Positions 8,328-18,454 of a stretch of 64,000 nucleotides of DNA are shown here, piece by piece. Made by a program: the position numbers and the translations under genes. Every line of letters begins with the position of its first letter. Positions within the stretch are counted from its first letter, which is position 1. Source of the DNA: a bacterium (GTDB taxonomy: Bacteria; Electryoneota; Electryoneia; Electryoneales; Electryoneaceae). A model generated the notes under the pieces. That model was given only the letters and a program-made list of their open reading frames with translations, had not been told where the DNA came from and ran no database searches. The stretch spans positions 2,464,001 to 2,528,000 of the forward strand of contig CAXXKJ010000002.1 in the NCBI GenBank assembly GCA_963675295.2, given 5' to 3'.

Positions 8328-10343
8328 ATGGCCGCCCAGACGTTTTCCTGGACCGAGCAAGATGAGGTTTCGGTCAACGCGATCCGGATGTTGAGCGCGG
8401 AGATGGTGCAAAAAGCAAACAGCGGCCATCCGGGGATGCCGATGGGGTTCGCCTTGCCAGCGCATCTGCTGTGGACGCGATTCCTCAAGTTCAATCCGGA
8501 TAATCCGTTCTGGCCTGCGCGTGACCGGTTCATCCTCTCCTGCGGGCACGGCAGCGCGTTGTTATACAGCCTGCTGCACCTCGCCGGGTATGACCTCAGC
8601 GTGGATGATTTGAAACAATTTCGCCAGCTCGGAAGCCGTACCCCGGGGCACCCGGAATTTGGTGTCACGCCAGGCGTGGAGACCACAACAGGCCCACTGG
8701 GACAGGGTGTGGGGAACGCAGTCGGGATGGCGATGGCGCAGCGGTACATCCGTGAATCTCTCGGCCATACCGAACAGTTTAACCCACTCGAGCACTATGT
8801 CTATGTGATCGCCAGTGACGGCGATCTGCAGGAAGGCGTCAGCGCGGAAGCGAGCAGCTTGGCCGGTCGGCAGAAACTGGGCCGGTTGATCATGCTGTAT
8901 GATGACAACAGCATCAGCATCGACGGCGGCACCGACATGGCGTGGTCGGAAGACGTCTGCAAGCGTTACGAAGCGTACGGTTGGCACACACAGTCCGTTG
9001 ATGGCGACGACGCGGAGGCGTTGTATTACGCGATCCAGCGGGCGCAGATGGAGATCGACGCACCGTCCCTGATCAAGGTGTCGACGCACATCGGCTACGG
9101 CAGCCCGAACAAGCAGGACTCGCCGTCCTCACATGGCGCGCCGCTGGGTGACGAGGAGCTGAAGCTGACGCGTGAAAAGCTCGGTTGGACGCTGGAACCG
9201 TTCGAGGTGCCGGACGAGGTCTACGAAGTTTACGCCGAAGTGGCGGATCATGGCCGTGATGCGCACGAGGCGTGGCTGCAGAAGCTGGACACGTGGATGG
9301 AGGGGTTGGCTGGCCGCCGTGAGCTGTGGGATCATCTTGTTGGTGGCGGTGACCGTGATTATGTCACCGAAAAGATGCCAACCGATTTCGAGCTCGACAC
9401 TCCGGTCGCAACGCGTGGCGCGTCGGGCAAGGCGTTGAACTTCATCGCTGAGCGCGACCCGGGCGTGATCGGTGGCTGCGCGGACCTCGCGGGATCGGTC
9501 AAGACGATGGTCAAGGGCGATCCATTCCTGCCGGAAATCAAGGGCGGACGCAACATCTTCTTCGGCATCCGTGAACACGGTATGGGCGCGATCGCGAACG
9601 GCATGGCGTTGTACGGCAGTCTGCGCCCGTACACCGGCACCTTCCTGATCTTCAGCGATTACATGCGTCCGTCGATCCGTCTGGCGGGGCTGATGAACCT
9701 GCCGGTGATCTTTGTCTTCAGCCATGACAGCATTGGAGTTGGCGAGGACGGCCCGACGCACCAGCCGGTGGAACATTACGCCGCCCTGCGAGCGATTCCG
9801 AACCTGTGGGTTGTCCGTCCCGGCGACGCGGCGGAGATGATGTACGGCTGGAAGCTGGCGTACGATCGCACGGACGGTCCGACGGCGATCCTGTCCACGC
9901 GTCAGAAGCTGCCAATCATCGACCGCAGCAAATTCGCTTCGGTGGACAATGTGGCGCGCGGCGGGTATGTGCTGGCGGACGCCGACGGTGGCAAGCCAGA
10001 CTTGATCCTGCTCGCGTCTGGCAGTGAGGTGGGGCTGGTGATGCAGGCGTGGGAGACACTGACCGCGGAGGGCGTCAAGGTTCGCGTTGTCAGCATGCCG
10101 TGCTGGGAAGCGTTCGAAGAGCAGGATAACGAGTACAAGCAGTCCGTGTTGCCGCCGGATGTGACGAAGCGGCTGAGTGTCGAGGTCGGTGTGTCGCAGG
10201 GCTGGGAACGGTATGTCGGCACGGACGGCGCATGCATGTCGCTGGATCGGTTCGGCGCGTCCGCACCCGGTGCGAGCCTGTTCAAAAAGTTCGGATTTAC
10301 CGTTGATGCCGTGGTGGAGAAGGCGAAGGCACTGCTCGGCTAG
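8328..10343 (+). CDS. tkt: Transketolase
   Basis: [46 protein letters not shown]. Confidence 0.97.
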   Translation: MAAQTFSWTEQDEVSVNAIRMLSAEMVQKANSGHPGMPMGFALPAHLLWTRFLKFNPDNPFWPARDRFILSCGHGSALLYSLLHLAGYDLSVDDLKQFRQLGSRTPGHPEFGVTPGVETTTGPLGQGVGNAVGMAMAQRYIRESLGHTEQFNPLEHYVYVIASDGDLQEGVSAEASSLAGRQKLGRLIMLYDDNSISIDGGTDMAWSEDVCKRYEAYGWHTQSVDGDDAEALYYAIQRAQMEIDAPSLIKVSTHIGYGSPNKQDSPSSHGAPLGDEELKLTREKLGWTLEPFEVPDEVYEVYAEVADHGRDAHEAWLQKLDTWMEGLAGRRELWDHLVGGGDRDYVTEKMPTDFELDTPVATRGASGKALNFIAERDPGVIGGCADLAGSVKTMVKGDPFLPEIKGGRNIFFGIREHGMGAIANGMALYGSLRPYTGTFLIFSDYMRPSIRLAGLMNLPVIFVFSHDSIGVGEDGPTHQPVEHYAALRAIPNLWVVRPGDAAEMMYGWKLAYDRTDGPTAILSTRQKLPIIDRSKFASVDNVARGGYVLADADGGKPDLILLASGSEVGLVMQAWETLTAEGVKVRVVSMPCWEAFEEQDNEYKQSVLPPDVTKRLSVEVGVSQGWERYVGTDGACMSLDRFGASAPGASLFKKFGFTVDAVVEKAKALLG

Positions 10344-10372
10344 GCTTCTTCCCGGAGTTGATCAACGTCAAG

Positions 10373-10406
10373 AATGCCACGGACCGACATCCGTGGCATT
10401 TGTTTT
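10373..10406 (+). terminator. tkt terminator
   Basis: aatgccacgga-ccgaca-tccgtggcatt followed by tgtttt. Confidence 0.8.
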
Positions 10407-10453
10407 GGTATCTGGGGTGATGCAGTCGCAGTGTAGATCGAATCAGCAGGAAA

Positions 10454-10494
10454 CCAGATCCTTCATCCGATACGGCTGGATTCAGGATGACACC
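10454..10494. repeat. REP-like dispersed repeat, copy 1
   Basis: ccagatccttcatccgatacggctggattcaggatgacacc; 39/41 identical to 39156-39196. Confidence 0.85.
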
Positions 10495-10498
10495 GTTT

Positions 10499-10533
10499 GC
10501 CACAGCCCACAACCCGCAGCCCGCAGCCTGAAT
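10499..10533. repeat. Heptamer tandem array
   Basis: gccacag cccacaa cccgcag cccgcag cctgaat, starting 2 nt after the minus-strand stop at 10536. Confidence 0.7.
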
Positions 10534-10535
10534 AC

Positions 10536-11894
10536 CTACCAGTTTATCCGCACGATCTCACCTCGCTGCAGCGCGTCGCCGTTGACGATCATATCCGCAT
10601 CCTGCCCGGTCGTGTCGGGATCGGCCAGATCAGTCGTGGCATCAGCGGAAAGCGCTTTCGCCTGTTCGCCCCATGCCTGCCAGCGTTGCCACAGCTCTCC
10701 ATTCTCGGCTTTAGCGGCATCGGGAACAGAAAGTGCGCCCGCGAGTTTGGCGAAGCGTTTGATGGCATCCTGAGACTTCAGAAGGCGAGACAGAGTCGCT
10801 GGTTTCGCGTCCAGCTTCACGTAAAGGTCGAACTGCTCGGGCTGGTGCGATCCGGTGAGCTGAGTTCCCTCGACGACAACCACGTTCCCCGCCCGCGATC
10901 GCAACGGTTTCCGGTCGCCTGTACTCAAGGGCAGCGACACGTCGATCATGCGGTTGTTCCGATCCCGCAGCAACTCGGACACGGTGTCCCACGGGTACGC
11001 CTGTTGGATCCAGCCGGGGGACGTGTCGGTATCGTGCGCTGGGATGCGCAGATCGTCCATCCGAACCGCAGCCGAGATCACGTTGAGGTCGGTCAGCTCG
11101 TTGAGGATGTGCTGCGTCAATGGGAAGGACAGGGCCGGATGCGGGGAATCGAGCGCGATCACGAACGGCTTGTCCAGCGGACGGAGCTGGTTGGCACGTG
11201 CGGCGATGCGTGCACCCAGTTCCCGCACCGGATTGAACAGGAACAGCAGGTGACGGATATCCTCGACCCAGGTCGCGGTGCCGAACAGTTCGTCACGATT
11301 GCCGTAGCCGTACAATGCCCCGACGGCGGGCAGATCGTTGGCATGCGCGGCATCGACGTCGTAGGCACGGTCGCCGATCACGACCGCTTTGCCGCCCAGT
11401 TCGCGCACCGTATCCGCAATGTGGTCGGCTTTCGTTGACCGTTCCCGATCTCCGATACAGGAGGCACGATCCAGATGTTTGCGGATGTTTTGCGTGTCGA
11501 TCACGGCGTTGAGGTACGGGCTGCCGCAGTTGGATACAAGCGCCAGCTTGTAGCCCCGTCGACGCAGGGTTTCAAGGGTGTGGATGGTGCCGGGGAAGGT
11601 GATGCGCTCGTTCTGCAGTTGCTGGTGTTCTTCCTCGAAAATGATCGCGCGGAAGGCTTCCCAGTCGTCCACATGCCGGTCATCGAGCAGGCTGCGGTAG
11701 AACACGTCCGACGGAGCGCCGATCCCGGCGACGAGCTGTTCGTCGGTCATCTCCGGGGCGGTTTCGCCGTACTGCTGGTAGAAGCGGGTGAGGCCGTTGC
11801 GCAACGACTTCAGCGCAATTTTACCGCTGCTGATGAGCGTGCCATCCATATCGAAGATGAGGGTGCGCACACCCGCGAGATCCGGATGAATCAT
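10536..11894 (-). CDS. HAD-family hydrolase fused to a degenerate uridine-kinase-like domain
   Basis: FDMDGTL, LVSN and IGDRAYD HAD motifs; C-terminal half VIALDS...RMDD...VVVVEG resembles a P-loop kinase topology. Confidence 0.8.
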   Translation of the reverse strand: MIHPDLAGVRTLIFDMDGTLISSGKIALKSLRNGLTRFYQQYGETAPEMTDEQLVAGIGAPSDVFYRSLLDDRHVDDWEAFRAIIFEEEHQQLQNERITFPGTIHTLETLRRRGYKLALVSNCGSPYLNAVIDTQNIRKHLDRASCIGDRERSTKADHIADTVRELGGKAVVIGDRAYDVDAAHANDLPAVGALYGYGNRDELFGTATWVEDIRHLLFLFNPVRELGARIAARANQLRPLDKPFVIALDSPHPALSFPLTQHILNELTDLNVISAAVRMDDLRIPAHDTDTSPGWIQQAYPWDTVSELLRDRNNRMIDVSLPLSTGDRKPLRSRAGNVVVVEGTQLTGSHQPEQFDLYVKLDAKPATLSRLLKSQDAIKRFAKLAGALSVPDAAKAENGELWQRWQAWGEQAKALSADATTDLADPDTTGQDADMIVNGDALQRGEIVRINW

Positions 11895-11933
11895 GGTGGA
11901 GTCGTACTCCGGTCAAGGTCTGTTTGAAATGAA

Positions 11934-11959
11934 ACAAGCCCGGATGATTCCGGGCTTGT
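11934..11959 (-). terminator. Hairpin/terminator downstream of the LVIVD lipoprotein gene
   Basis: acaagcccgga-tgat-tccgggcttgt. Confidence 0.65.
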
Positions 11960-11986
11960 GAAGGTACATCATCCAGTACGCAAGTC

Positions 11987-13114
11987 CTAGTACAGCAGAC
12001 GCACGGTTGTCAGCCCGTCCAGTTCCGAGCTGATGATCGCGAGGCCCTCGTCCACGAAGATCAGGTCGGTGGGATTTCGCAGCTCGATCCAATCCATCAG
12101 CACCGGATCGGATGGATCGCTCACGTCGAGGAAGTAGACCCCGTCGAATTCGTCAATCACCGCGAGCCGGTGTTCGTTGATTTCGACTCGGAAGGCGTGG
12201 TCCAGTCCGTCAATCTTCCACGTTGCGACCAGCTCCGGGGTAGTGATGTTGGTGGCGTCGATGACTGACAGGCCGCCGATGCCATCCGCGACGTAGACGT
12301 AGCCGTCTTCGTAAACCAGCCCCTGAGCCTCGCCCGGAGTGTCGATGTCGGACAGCCAGATTCCGTCCTCTTCTTCGACGGCGTCGGAGATGTCGGCAAA
12401 ACCCACACCGTAGTCTTTGAGTCCGACGGCCACGGTGTAAATGTCTTCCATCACGGCGACACCGGCCTCGGCAACACCCGGCCAGTTCAGCGTCATCCGC
12501 TCATCCCAACTCATGACACGGAGGGTGTCCACCGGGAAAACGATTTTATCGGTCGAATCGAGGTACACGTTGAATACCTGGATGCCGTCGGAACCGTCAC
12601 AGACCAGTGTGCGGGCCACGTCCACCAGCGCCCACGGTGCATCCGTGAAGTTGCGGCTTGTCGCCGAATCCTCAAGCGCGAAGCTGAGGATCTCGGTGAC
12701 CCCACCGCTGCCGAACGTCGTCGACAGGTCATTTTCGAGCGAATCGAGGAAGTAAATGATGTTGATGTCACTGAGTGCCACAACAATGGCGTTCACTTCC
12801 GGAATCGCGTTGACCATCTGGGCGCGGTCGCCCGTGTGCAGGACACGGGACAGCACCAGGTTCGTCGGGTCGGAGGCGTCGTAAATGCCGACACCGCCCG
12901 AACGTTCCGCGACATACAGTGTATCACCTTCGAGATCCATATCCATCGCCCAGCCGCGGGTGCTGTAGTGGCCCTTTACATCGTAATAGGATGTTGGACT
13001 TGTGTCGCCACCGCCGTAAGGGGAGGACGGTGATCCGCAGCCGCTGATGAATGCCATCAGCATCAGGCTGAGGAGCAGACCTGGGAGCAGTCGAATCAAA
13101 GTGGTGCCGTTCAT
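11987..13114 (-). CDS. LVIVD-repeat lipoprotein
   Basis: Lipobox ISGC; YVADGIGGLSVID and FLDVSDPSDP repeats. Confidence 0.8.
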   Translation of the reverse strand: MNGTTLIRLLPGLLLSLMLMAFISGCGSPSSPYGGGDTSPTSYYDVKGHYSTRGWAMDMDLEGDTLYVAERSGGVGIYDASDPTNLVLSRVLHTGDRAQMVNAIPEVNAIVVALSDINIIYFLDSLENDLSTTFGSGGVTEILSFALEDSATSRNFTDAPWALVDVARTLVCDGSDGIQVFNVYLDSTDKIVFPVDTLRVMSWDERMTLNWPGVAEAGVAVMEDIYTVAVGLKDYGVGFADISDAVEEEDGIWLSDIDTPGEAQGLVYEDGYVYVADGIGGLSVIDATNITTPELVATWKIDGLDHAFRVEINEHRLAVIDEFDGVYFLDVSDPSDPVLMDWIELRNPTDLIFVDEGLAIISSELDGLTTVRLLY

Positions 13115-13143
13115 GGGTGCTTCCTTTGCGCGTGCAATTGCAG

Positions 13144-14571
13144 TCAACGTGAACGTTGCAAAGTAGAATCTTCCTGATTCTCACGCAACCGGAGTCGGCG
13201 CAGAGCACCGATTACGTAGAAACTGCCGGTTGCGACGATCAAGTCATCCGGATGAGCCAGTTCAAACGCCAGGTCAAGCGACTCGTGCAGCATGACCGTC
13301 CGGCACTCAAAGCCGCGTTCGCGCACGATTTCCGCCAGCTCATCCGCTTCCATCGAACGCGGGGATTCGGCGCGGGTTGCGAGCACCAGCCTCGGCGCGG
13401 TGCTGAAGCAGTCAAGGAACTCCTTCGGATGCTTGTCTCGGTTCATGCCGAGGATCAGGATACGCGGACGTTTCGGAAAGATCTCATCGAGCAGGTTGCT
13501 CAACGCTGTCGCGCCCTGATCGGTGTGAGCACCGTCGATCATCAGGGTCGGATTATGGCCGAGGATTTCCCCGCGTCCCGCCCAGCGAGTCTTTGCCAGT
13601 CCGGTGCGTATATCGTCTTCGCTGATGCGGAAGTGACTGTCAAGGTGAAGCCGGTCTGCGGCGGCGACGGCAACAGCGGCGTTCTCCGCCTGGTGCCTGC
13701 CGAGCAGTGGAGTGCGGATGCCGGTGTGGGTACGTGACGGTGTGCTGACAGTGAATTCGGTTCCCTCCGAAGAAACCAACACGTTTTCAATTCGGATTTC
13801 ATGTCCCAGCCGCCAGCATTCGACGCCAACCTCGCGGCAGCGGTCCTCGAGCACACGCAGGGCACTCTCGGGCTGATGAGACACAATCGCCGGACCACCA
13901 GGTTTGATGATCTGGCCCTTGTCGTCCGCGATTTTCTCGACGGTATCGCCCAGGATATGGGTGTGGTCGAGTCCGATCCGTGTGATGATCGACAGCAGGG
14001 GGGAGACGACGTTGGTTGCGTCCAACCGCCCGCCCATGCCCACCTCGACCAGTGCCACGTCAATGTCCGAATGCTGAAAGGTGACGAACGCCAGCGCGGT
14101 CAGCAGTTCGAACACGGTCCGGTAGTTGGCCTGGCTCATGCGTTTGTCGGCAATCGGACGGATATGTTCGTACATCTCGGCGAAACGGTCTCGGGTGAGG
14201 TCATTTCCATCGATACGGATGCGTTCACGGACCTCGACGAGATGCGGCGAGACTGTCATTCCGGTGCTGGCACCCGCCTGCAAAAGGATCGCCTCGAGCA
14301 TCGCTAGCGTTGACCCTTTGCCGCGCGTACCGGTGATGTGCACTGTTGGTTTCGCGAGATGCGGATTGTCCAGTTCGGCGAGAAACGCCCGGTAAGAGTC
14401 GAGCGAGCGATCAACCCGTGCGAAATTGACGGGATCAAGCGCTTCAGTGTTCAGCCTTCCGTAGAGGTGCAACAGGGCGGAGGCGTAACCATCGTGCAGA
14501 GTGAATCCAGCATCAAACTCCGCGGGATGTGTATTCGGTGCGGGCAGTGGGCCGCGGGTGGGTTCGCTCAT
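13144..14571 (-). CDS. folC: Folylpolyglutamate synthase/dihydrofolate synthase
   Basis: HITGTRGKGST, SPHL, EVGMGGRLDATN, DHTHILG, DGAH, TGSFY. Confidence 0.95.
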   Translation of the reverse strand: MSEPTRGPLPAPNTHPAEFDAGFTLHDGYASALLHLYGRLNTEALDPVNFARVDRSLDSYRAFLAELDNPHLAKPTVHITGTRGKGSTLAMLEAILLQAGASTGMTVSPHLVEVRERIRIDGNDLTRDRFAEMYEHIRPIADKRMSQANYRTVFELLTALAFVTFQHSDIDVALVEVGMGGRLDATNVVSPLLSIITRIGLDHTHILGDTVEKIADDKGQIIKPGGPAIVSHQPESALRVLEDRCREVGVECWRLGHEIRIENVLVSSEGTEFTVSTPSRTHTGIRTPLLGRHQAENAAVAVAAADRLHLDSHFRISEDDIRTGLAKTRWAGRGEILGHNPTLMIDGAHTDQGATALSNLLDEIFPKRPRILILGMNRDKHPKEFLDCFSTAPRLVLATRAESPRSMEADELAEIVRERGFECRTVMLHESLDLAFELAHPDDLIVATGSFYVIGALRRLRLRENQEDSTLQRSR

Positions 14572-14578
14572 GGATAGG

Positions 14579-15310
14579 TCAGAATGGCCTGTGAAGGAGT
14601 TTCAGCACCTGTTCGATGCGCTTTTTGTTGAACGCCGGCTCGTGGCGCATGTTTATCACATAGCGTGCGTCGACGGAGGTCAGCCGCGCGAGTTCACGGT
14701 CCTCTTCATAGATGGCAAACTTGGCGATACCAATCAGTTGCGGCATCTTCATGCGTAGGGCACGGAGTTCATCCGAATCGAGGATGGCATTCACAATTGG
14801 AAATGATTCCACGTGCGAGAGGATTGACAGGTAGCCCTCTTCCTCGGTGTTGAGCGCGTTGATCAACGCTTCGAGGAAACGCTTTGGATCGCCGGTAACA
14901 TGCGCGCGCTGCAGACCCATCCGTTGCATGTAGGCAAGGATCTGGCGACCGCGCATCATGTTGATATCGTAAATGATAAAGTCTTTGAGCGGTCCGGCTG
15001 GCGCTTTCGGTTCGGCAGGCTTGGCCGTTGCGCCGGCACCCTTGCTTCCGGACGGCGCGGGAATGTCGGGATCATCCGGCAGATCCAACTCTTTTTCACG
15101 CCGGGCGATACGCGCTTTCAGTTCGCTGAGACTGCTGCCGTGGGATCGGGGAGGACGTCCGACCGGTCGACCACCCCCGCCGCCACTCGGCGTGCTTGCG
15201 GGAGCTGCGCCACCTCCGCCTCCACTCATCGCCTTCGATACGCGTTCCAGAACTTTCGGGTCGATTTGCTTCCTGAGTTCTTCCAGTTCGCGTTTTTTTG
15301 CTTCGTCCAT
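14579..15310 (-). CDS. Hypothetical protein with Gly/Pro-rich linkers and a possible receiver-like C-terminal domain
   Basis: Clean ORF ending 7 nt before the folC start; natural amino-acid composition. Confidence 0.7.
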   Translation of the reverse strand: MDEAKKRELEELRKQIDPKVLERVSKAMSGGGGGAAPASTPSGGGGGRPVGRPPRSHGSSLSELKARIARREKELDLPDDPDIPAPSGSKGAGATAKPAEPKAPAGPLKDFIIYDINMMRGRQILAYMQRMGLQRAHVTGDPKRFLEALINALNTEEEGYLSILSHVESFPIVNAILDSDELRALRMKMPQLIGIAKFAIYEEDRELARLTSVDARYVINMRHEPAFNKKRIEQVLKLLHRPF

Positions 15311-15580
15311 GAAAATCCCGGGGTCTTGTAGTCCAGCCGAACGCAGCCGTCAGCAGGTGGATTAGCGATGAATGTTTTTTTTGCGAAACCTGTAACCTGC
15401 AAAATGTGAAATCTGAACGAATAAAACAACAGGAGTCAGGTACATTGTGGAAATCATCAGTACTCGTGAAACAGGCTGTGAAACATGCCCCGGACCTTTG
15501 TCTCCGGGCACACCGATGGGTTTTGCAGCGGTGCATGGTGACTGTACCTTGCGGGTTGGCCAGCATTACGGGGAATTCGA

Positions 15581-16354
15581 GTGCCCAAGCTCCACAAGAG
15601 TAACGCGTTGATTCTGAAACGCATCCGTCACGGCGATACCAGCTTGATTCTGCACGCGTTTACACGCGATCATGGACGGGTGCCGTTTATCGCCAAAGGC
15701 GCGCGTTCCGGCGGGAGACGGCCGCCGGTGCCGCTGGTGCCGGTGGTGGAGCTGGAATTCATCTGGGCAACGTCGACCCGGTCTGAATTGCAGCTGCTCC
15801 GTGAGTGGTCGCTGGTGGATGGATTCGGCCCGGTACACGCCGATTTTACCCGACTGGCGTGGGCGCAGGCGGGGATCGAGGTGCTGGGGCGGACGTTATC
15901 CGGTGAGGAGGAACACCGTGACCTGTTCGACCTGACGCTGACCTATCTGCACGCGTTGGGCGAAGCGACCACCCGCTACGAAAACCTGTTCATCCTCTTC
16001 CGGCTGTTTGCGTTGCGCGAACTGGGGTATGAGCTGAGTCTCGATGCGGATGGCGATTCTTCGCAGCCGCTGGTGTTTATCCCGGGGCAGGGGCTAGTCC
16101 CGGCAAGGCAGGTGGACTCGTCGCGGGATGTCGGGATGCGTGTCGCGCCGGGAAGCATCAAAAGCCTGGAAATGCTGCTCAAGCAGGGGTTTGACAATGC
16201 AACCCGCTTCAAGTTGACCCGGGACGCGCACGATGAAATCGACCGGCTGCTGAATGCGGCGTACCGGTATAGTTTCGACCGCTGGGGCAAGCTGGAAAGC
16301 CTGAAGTTGTTGACGCCGTACACGGAATCGCCGTCACAAAGTGAACACCGTTGA
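15581..16354 (+). CDS. recO: DNA repair protein RecO
   Basis: ALILKRIRHGDTSLILHAFTRDHGRVPFIAKGAR N-terminal OB-fold signature; GTG start. Confidence 0.9.
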   Translation: MPKLHKSNALILKRIRHGDTSLILHAFTRDHGRVPFIAKGARSGGRRPPVPLVPVVELEFIWATSTRSELQLLREWSLVDGFGPVHADFTRLAWAQAGIEVLGRTLSGEEEHRDLFDLTLTYLHALGEATTRYENLFILFRLFALRELGYELSLDADGDSSQPLVFIPGQGLVPARQVDSSRDVGMRVAPGSIKSLEMLLKQGFDNATRFKLTRDAHDEIDRLLNAAYRYSFDRWGKLESLKLLTPYTESPSQSEHR

Positions 16355-16378
16355 CAGTGCACAAAACGATCTGAACCG

Positions 16379-18196
16379 ATGACCTTTTTCCGCCGCTACC
16401 TGACGTATCTCAAGCCGCACAGCCTGCGCATCTTCGGGATGTTCCTCGCCGGGCTGGGGTTTGTCGCGCTCTCCGGTGTAGCCTACTGGATGGCGGCGGA
16501 TTTCGTGCAGGCGTTGTTCACAGGTCAGGCTCAGGTCCCGGCGCTACCCGACGAACCGCTCAGCTTCCTCAACCTGACCGACTACCTCGCCCATTACAGT
16601 GCGAACCTGGTGATGGCGGACAGTCCGTTGGATACGTTGAAGCGGGCGATTCTGTTTATCGTGATCGCGTTCGCGTTGAAGAATCTCGCGCTGTACCTGC
16701 AGCTGGTGCTGTCGGCCTCCGTGGAACAACGCATTGCGCGGCGCATGCGGGATGAATATGTCGAACACCTGCTGAACCAGGACCTCGCGTTTTTTCACCG
16801 CCGTCAGTCGGGCGATCTGATCTCGAGCGGCATTAACGATATCACCGTGCTCAACGCCGGCCTCGCGGAGAGTTTCGGCAAGTTGCTGCGCGATCCACTT
16901 ACCGCGATCCTGTTTCTCGTGTTGTTGCTGTCGATCTCGTGGCAACTGACGCTCGCGGCGGTGCTGATCGCGCCGATCACGGGGGTTGTCACCAACGCCA
17001 TGGGTGGCAGCCTGAAACGGAAGTCGAAGCGGACGCAGGAACGTGTCGGCGCGGTCACCGCACGGTTGAGTGAAGCGTTGTATGGCATCCGCATCGTGCA
17101 GGCGTACGGTGGCGAAGACAGCGAGATCCGCCGGTTCGAGCAGGCGACGAACGAGCATTTCCGGCAGGCAATCGGCAAGGAGCGGTTGCGGCGGATTGTG
17201 TCGCCGATGCGGGAGTTTGTCGGCGTGCTGGTGATTGCGGTGATCCTGCTGGTCGCGGGCGGACAAGTCCTCGGCGGGCAATGGCTGGTGGCGGATCAGT
17301 TCGTCCGCTTCCTCGTGTTACTGTTCGGTTTGCTCGCGCCGATTACCAGCCTCGGCGAGGTGCAGGCACGGCTCAAAGTCGCGGAAGGCGCGGCGGAGCG
17401 TGTGTTCGACCTGCTGGACGAACCGTATTCGATCCAGGATGTGGCAGGCGCGGAAAAAGCGTCGCGTCCCGACGCGCAGCCCGGTGTCGAGTGCAAGCAT
17501 GTCAGCCTCGCGTATTCGGATGACCGTGCGTTGGCGCTACGAGACGTGACGGTCACGATCCAGCCCGGCGAGCGGGTGATCCTCGCGGGACGGTCTGGTT
17601 CCGGCAAAAGCAGCTTTCTCAACCTGTTGCCACGTTTTTATGATCCCAGCGAGGGGACGATCCTGATAGGCGGCCGGGACACCAGCAGCCTGCCGATCGC
17701 GAAACTTCGCCGCCTGTTCGGGATTGTCACTCAGGAGATCGTGCTGTTTCAGGATACGGTGGCCGGAAACATCGCGTACGGTTCGCCGGAGGCGTCGCGG
17801 GATGCGATTGAACGCGCGGCGACGCTGGCGCACGCGGACGAGTTCATCCGTGACCTGCCGCAGGGCTACGACACTGACCTCGGTAACCTTGGCGAACGGT
17901 TGAGCGGCGGCCAACGGCAACGGATCGCGATTGCGCGGGCGTTGCTGCATGATCCACCGATCCTGCTGTTTGACGAAGCCACGTCGGCGCTGGACGGCGA
18001 CGTCGCGGGGGAGATCGAACGGACGCTGCGCGAGGTTTCGGTGGGAAAGACAGTACTGATGGCGACGCACCGGCTGGATGATCTCGACCCGGATGAGCGT
18101 GTGCTGTTGTTTGAACAGGGGCGGTTGATCGCGGACATGAAGCACGGCGAATTGCTGCGTTCAGATACCGACTATCACATCCTCGCGCGGCACTAG
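16379..18196 (+). CDS. ABC exporter, fused permease/ATPase (MsbA-like)
   Basis: N-terminal TM helices; GRSGSGKS, LSGGQRQR, LLFDEATSALD, ATHRL. Confidence 0.9.
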   Translation: MTFFRRYLTYLKPHSLRIFGMFLAGLGFVALSGVAYWMAADFVQALFTGQAQVPALPDEPLSFLNLTDYLAHYSANLVMADSPLDTLKRAILFIVIAFALKNLALYLQLVLSASVEQRIARRMRDEYVEHLLNQDLAFFHRRQSGDLISSGINDITVLNAGLAESFGKLLRDPLTAILFLVLLLSISWQLTLAAVLIAPITGVVTNAMGGSLKRKSKRTQERVGAVTARLSEALYGIRIVQAYGGEDSEIRRFEQATNEHFRQAIGKERLRRIVSPMREFVGVLVIAVILLVAGGQVLGGQWLVADQFVRFLVLLFGLLAPITSLGEVQARLKVAEGAAERVFDLLDEPYSIQDVAGAEKASRPDAQPGVECKHVSLAYSDDRALALRDVTVTIQPGERVILAGRSGSGKSSFLNLLPRFYDPSEGTILIGGRDTSSLPIAKLRRLFGIVTQEIVLFQDTVAGNIAYGSPEASRDAIERAATLAHADEFIRDLPQGYDTDLGNLGERLSGGQRQRIAIARALLHDPPILLFDEATSALDGDVAGEIERTLREVSVGKTVLMATHRLDDLDPDERVLLFEQGRLIADMKHGELLRSDTDYHILARH

Positions 18197-18212
18197 GGTT
18201 ACAAGTTGAGAC

Positions 18213-18420
18213 AAAAAAGAACCGCTCGGAGGGTCCGGGCCGAACGGTTCAGGGGCGCCAAGGTGGCGCAAGACGGGATGTGGAGGGTATTCCCGTCGGG
18301 GTAGTAGGAGGCGGTGGGTCAGACCGCCTGTTGTGCTTTCAGTGATAGGACAGCTCAACGGCCCTGGAGGTTGCAGTCTCTGGGAGAAAAAAGAGAGCCC
18401 GGGAGCTGAAGACGACCAAA
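18213..18420 (-). ncRNA. Candidate multi-hairpin sRNA with C-rich loops (5' end uncertain)
   Basis: Four consecutive hairpins ending in a minus-strand terminator with U6; no minus-strand gene nearby to terminate. Confidence 0.45.
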
Positions 18421-18454
18421 CGAAAACGTAACTCAAGACTATTTGGAATGATCC

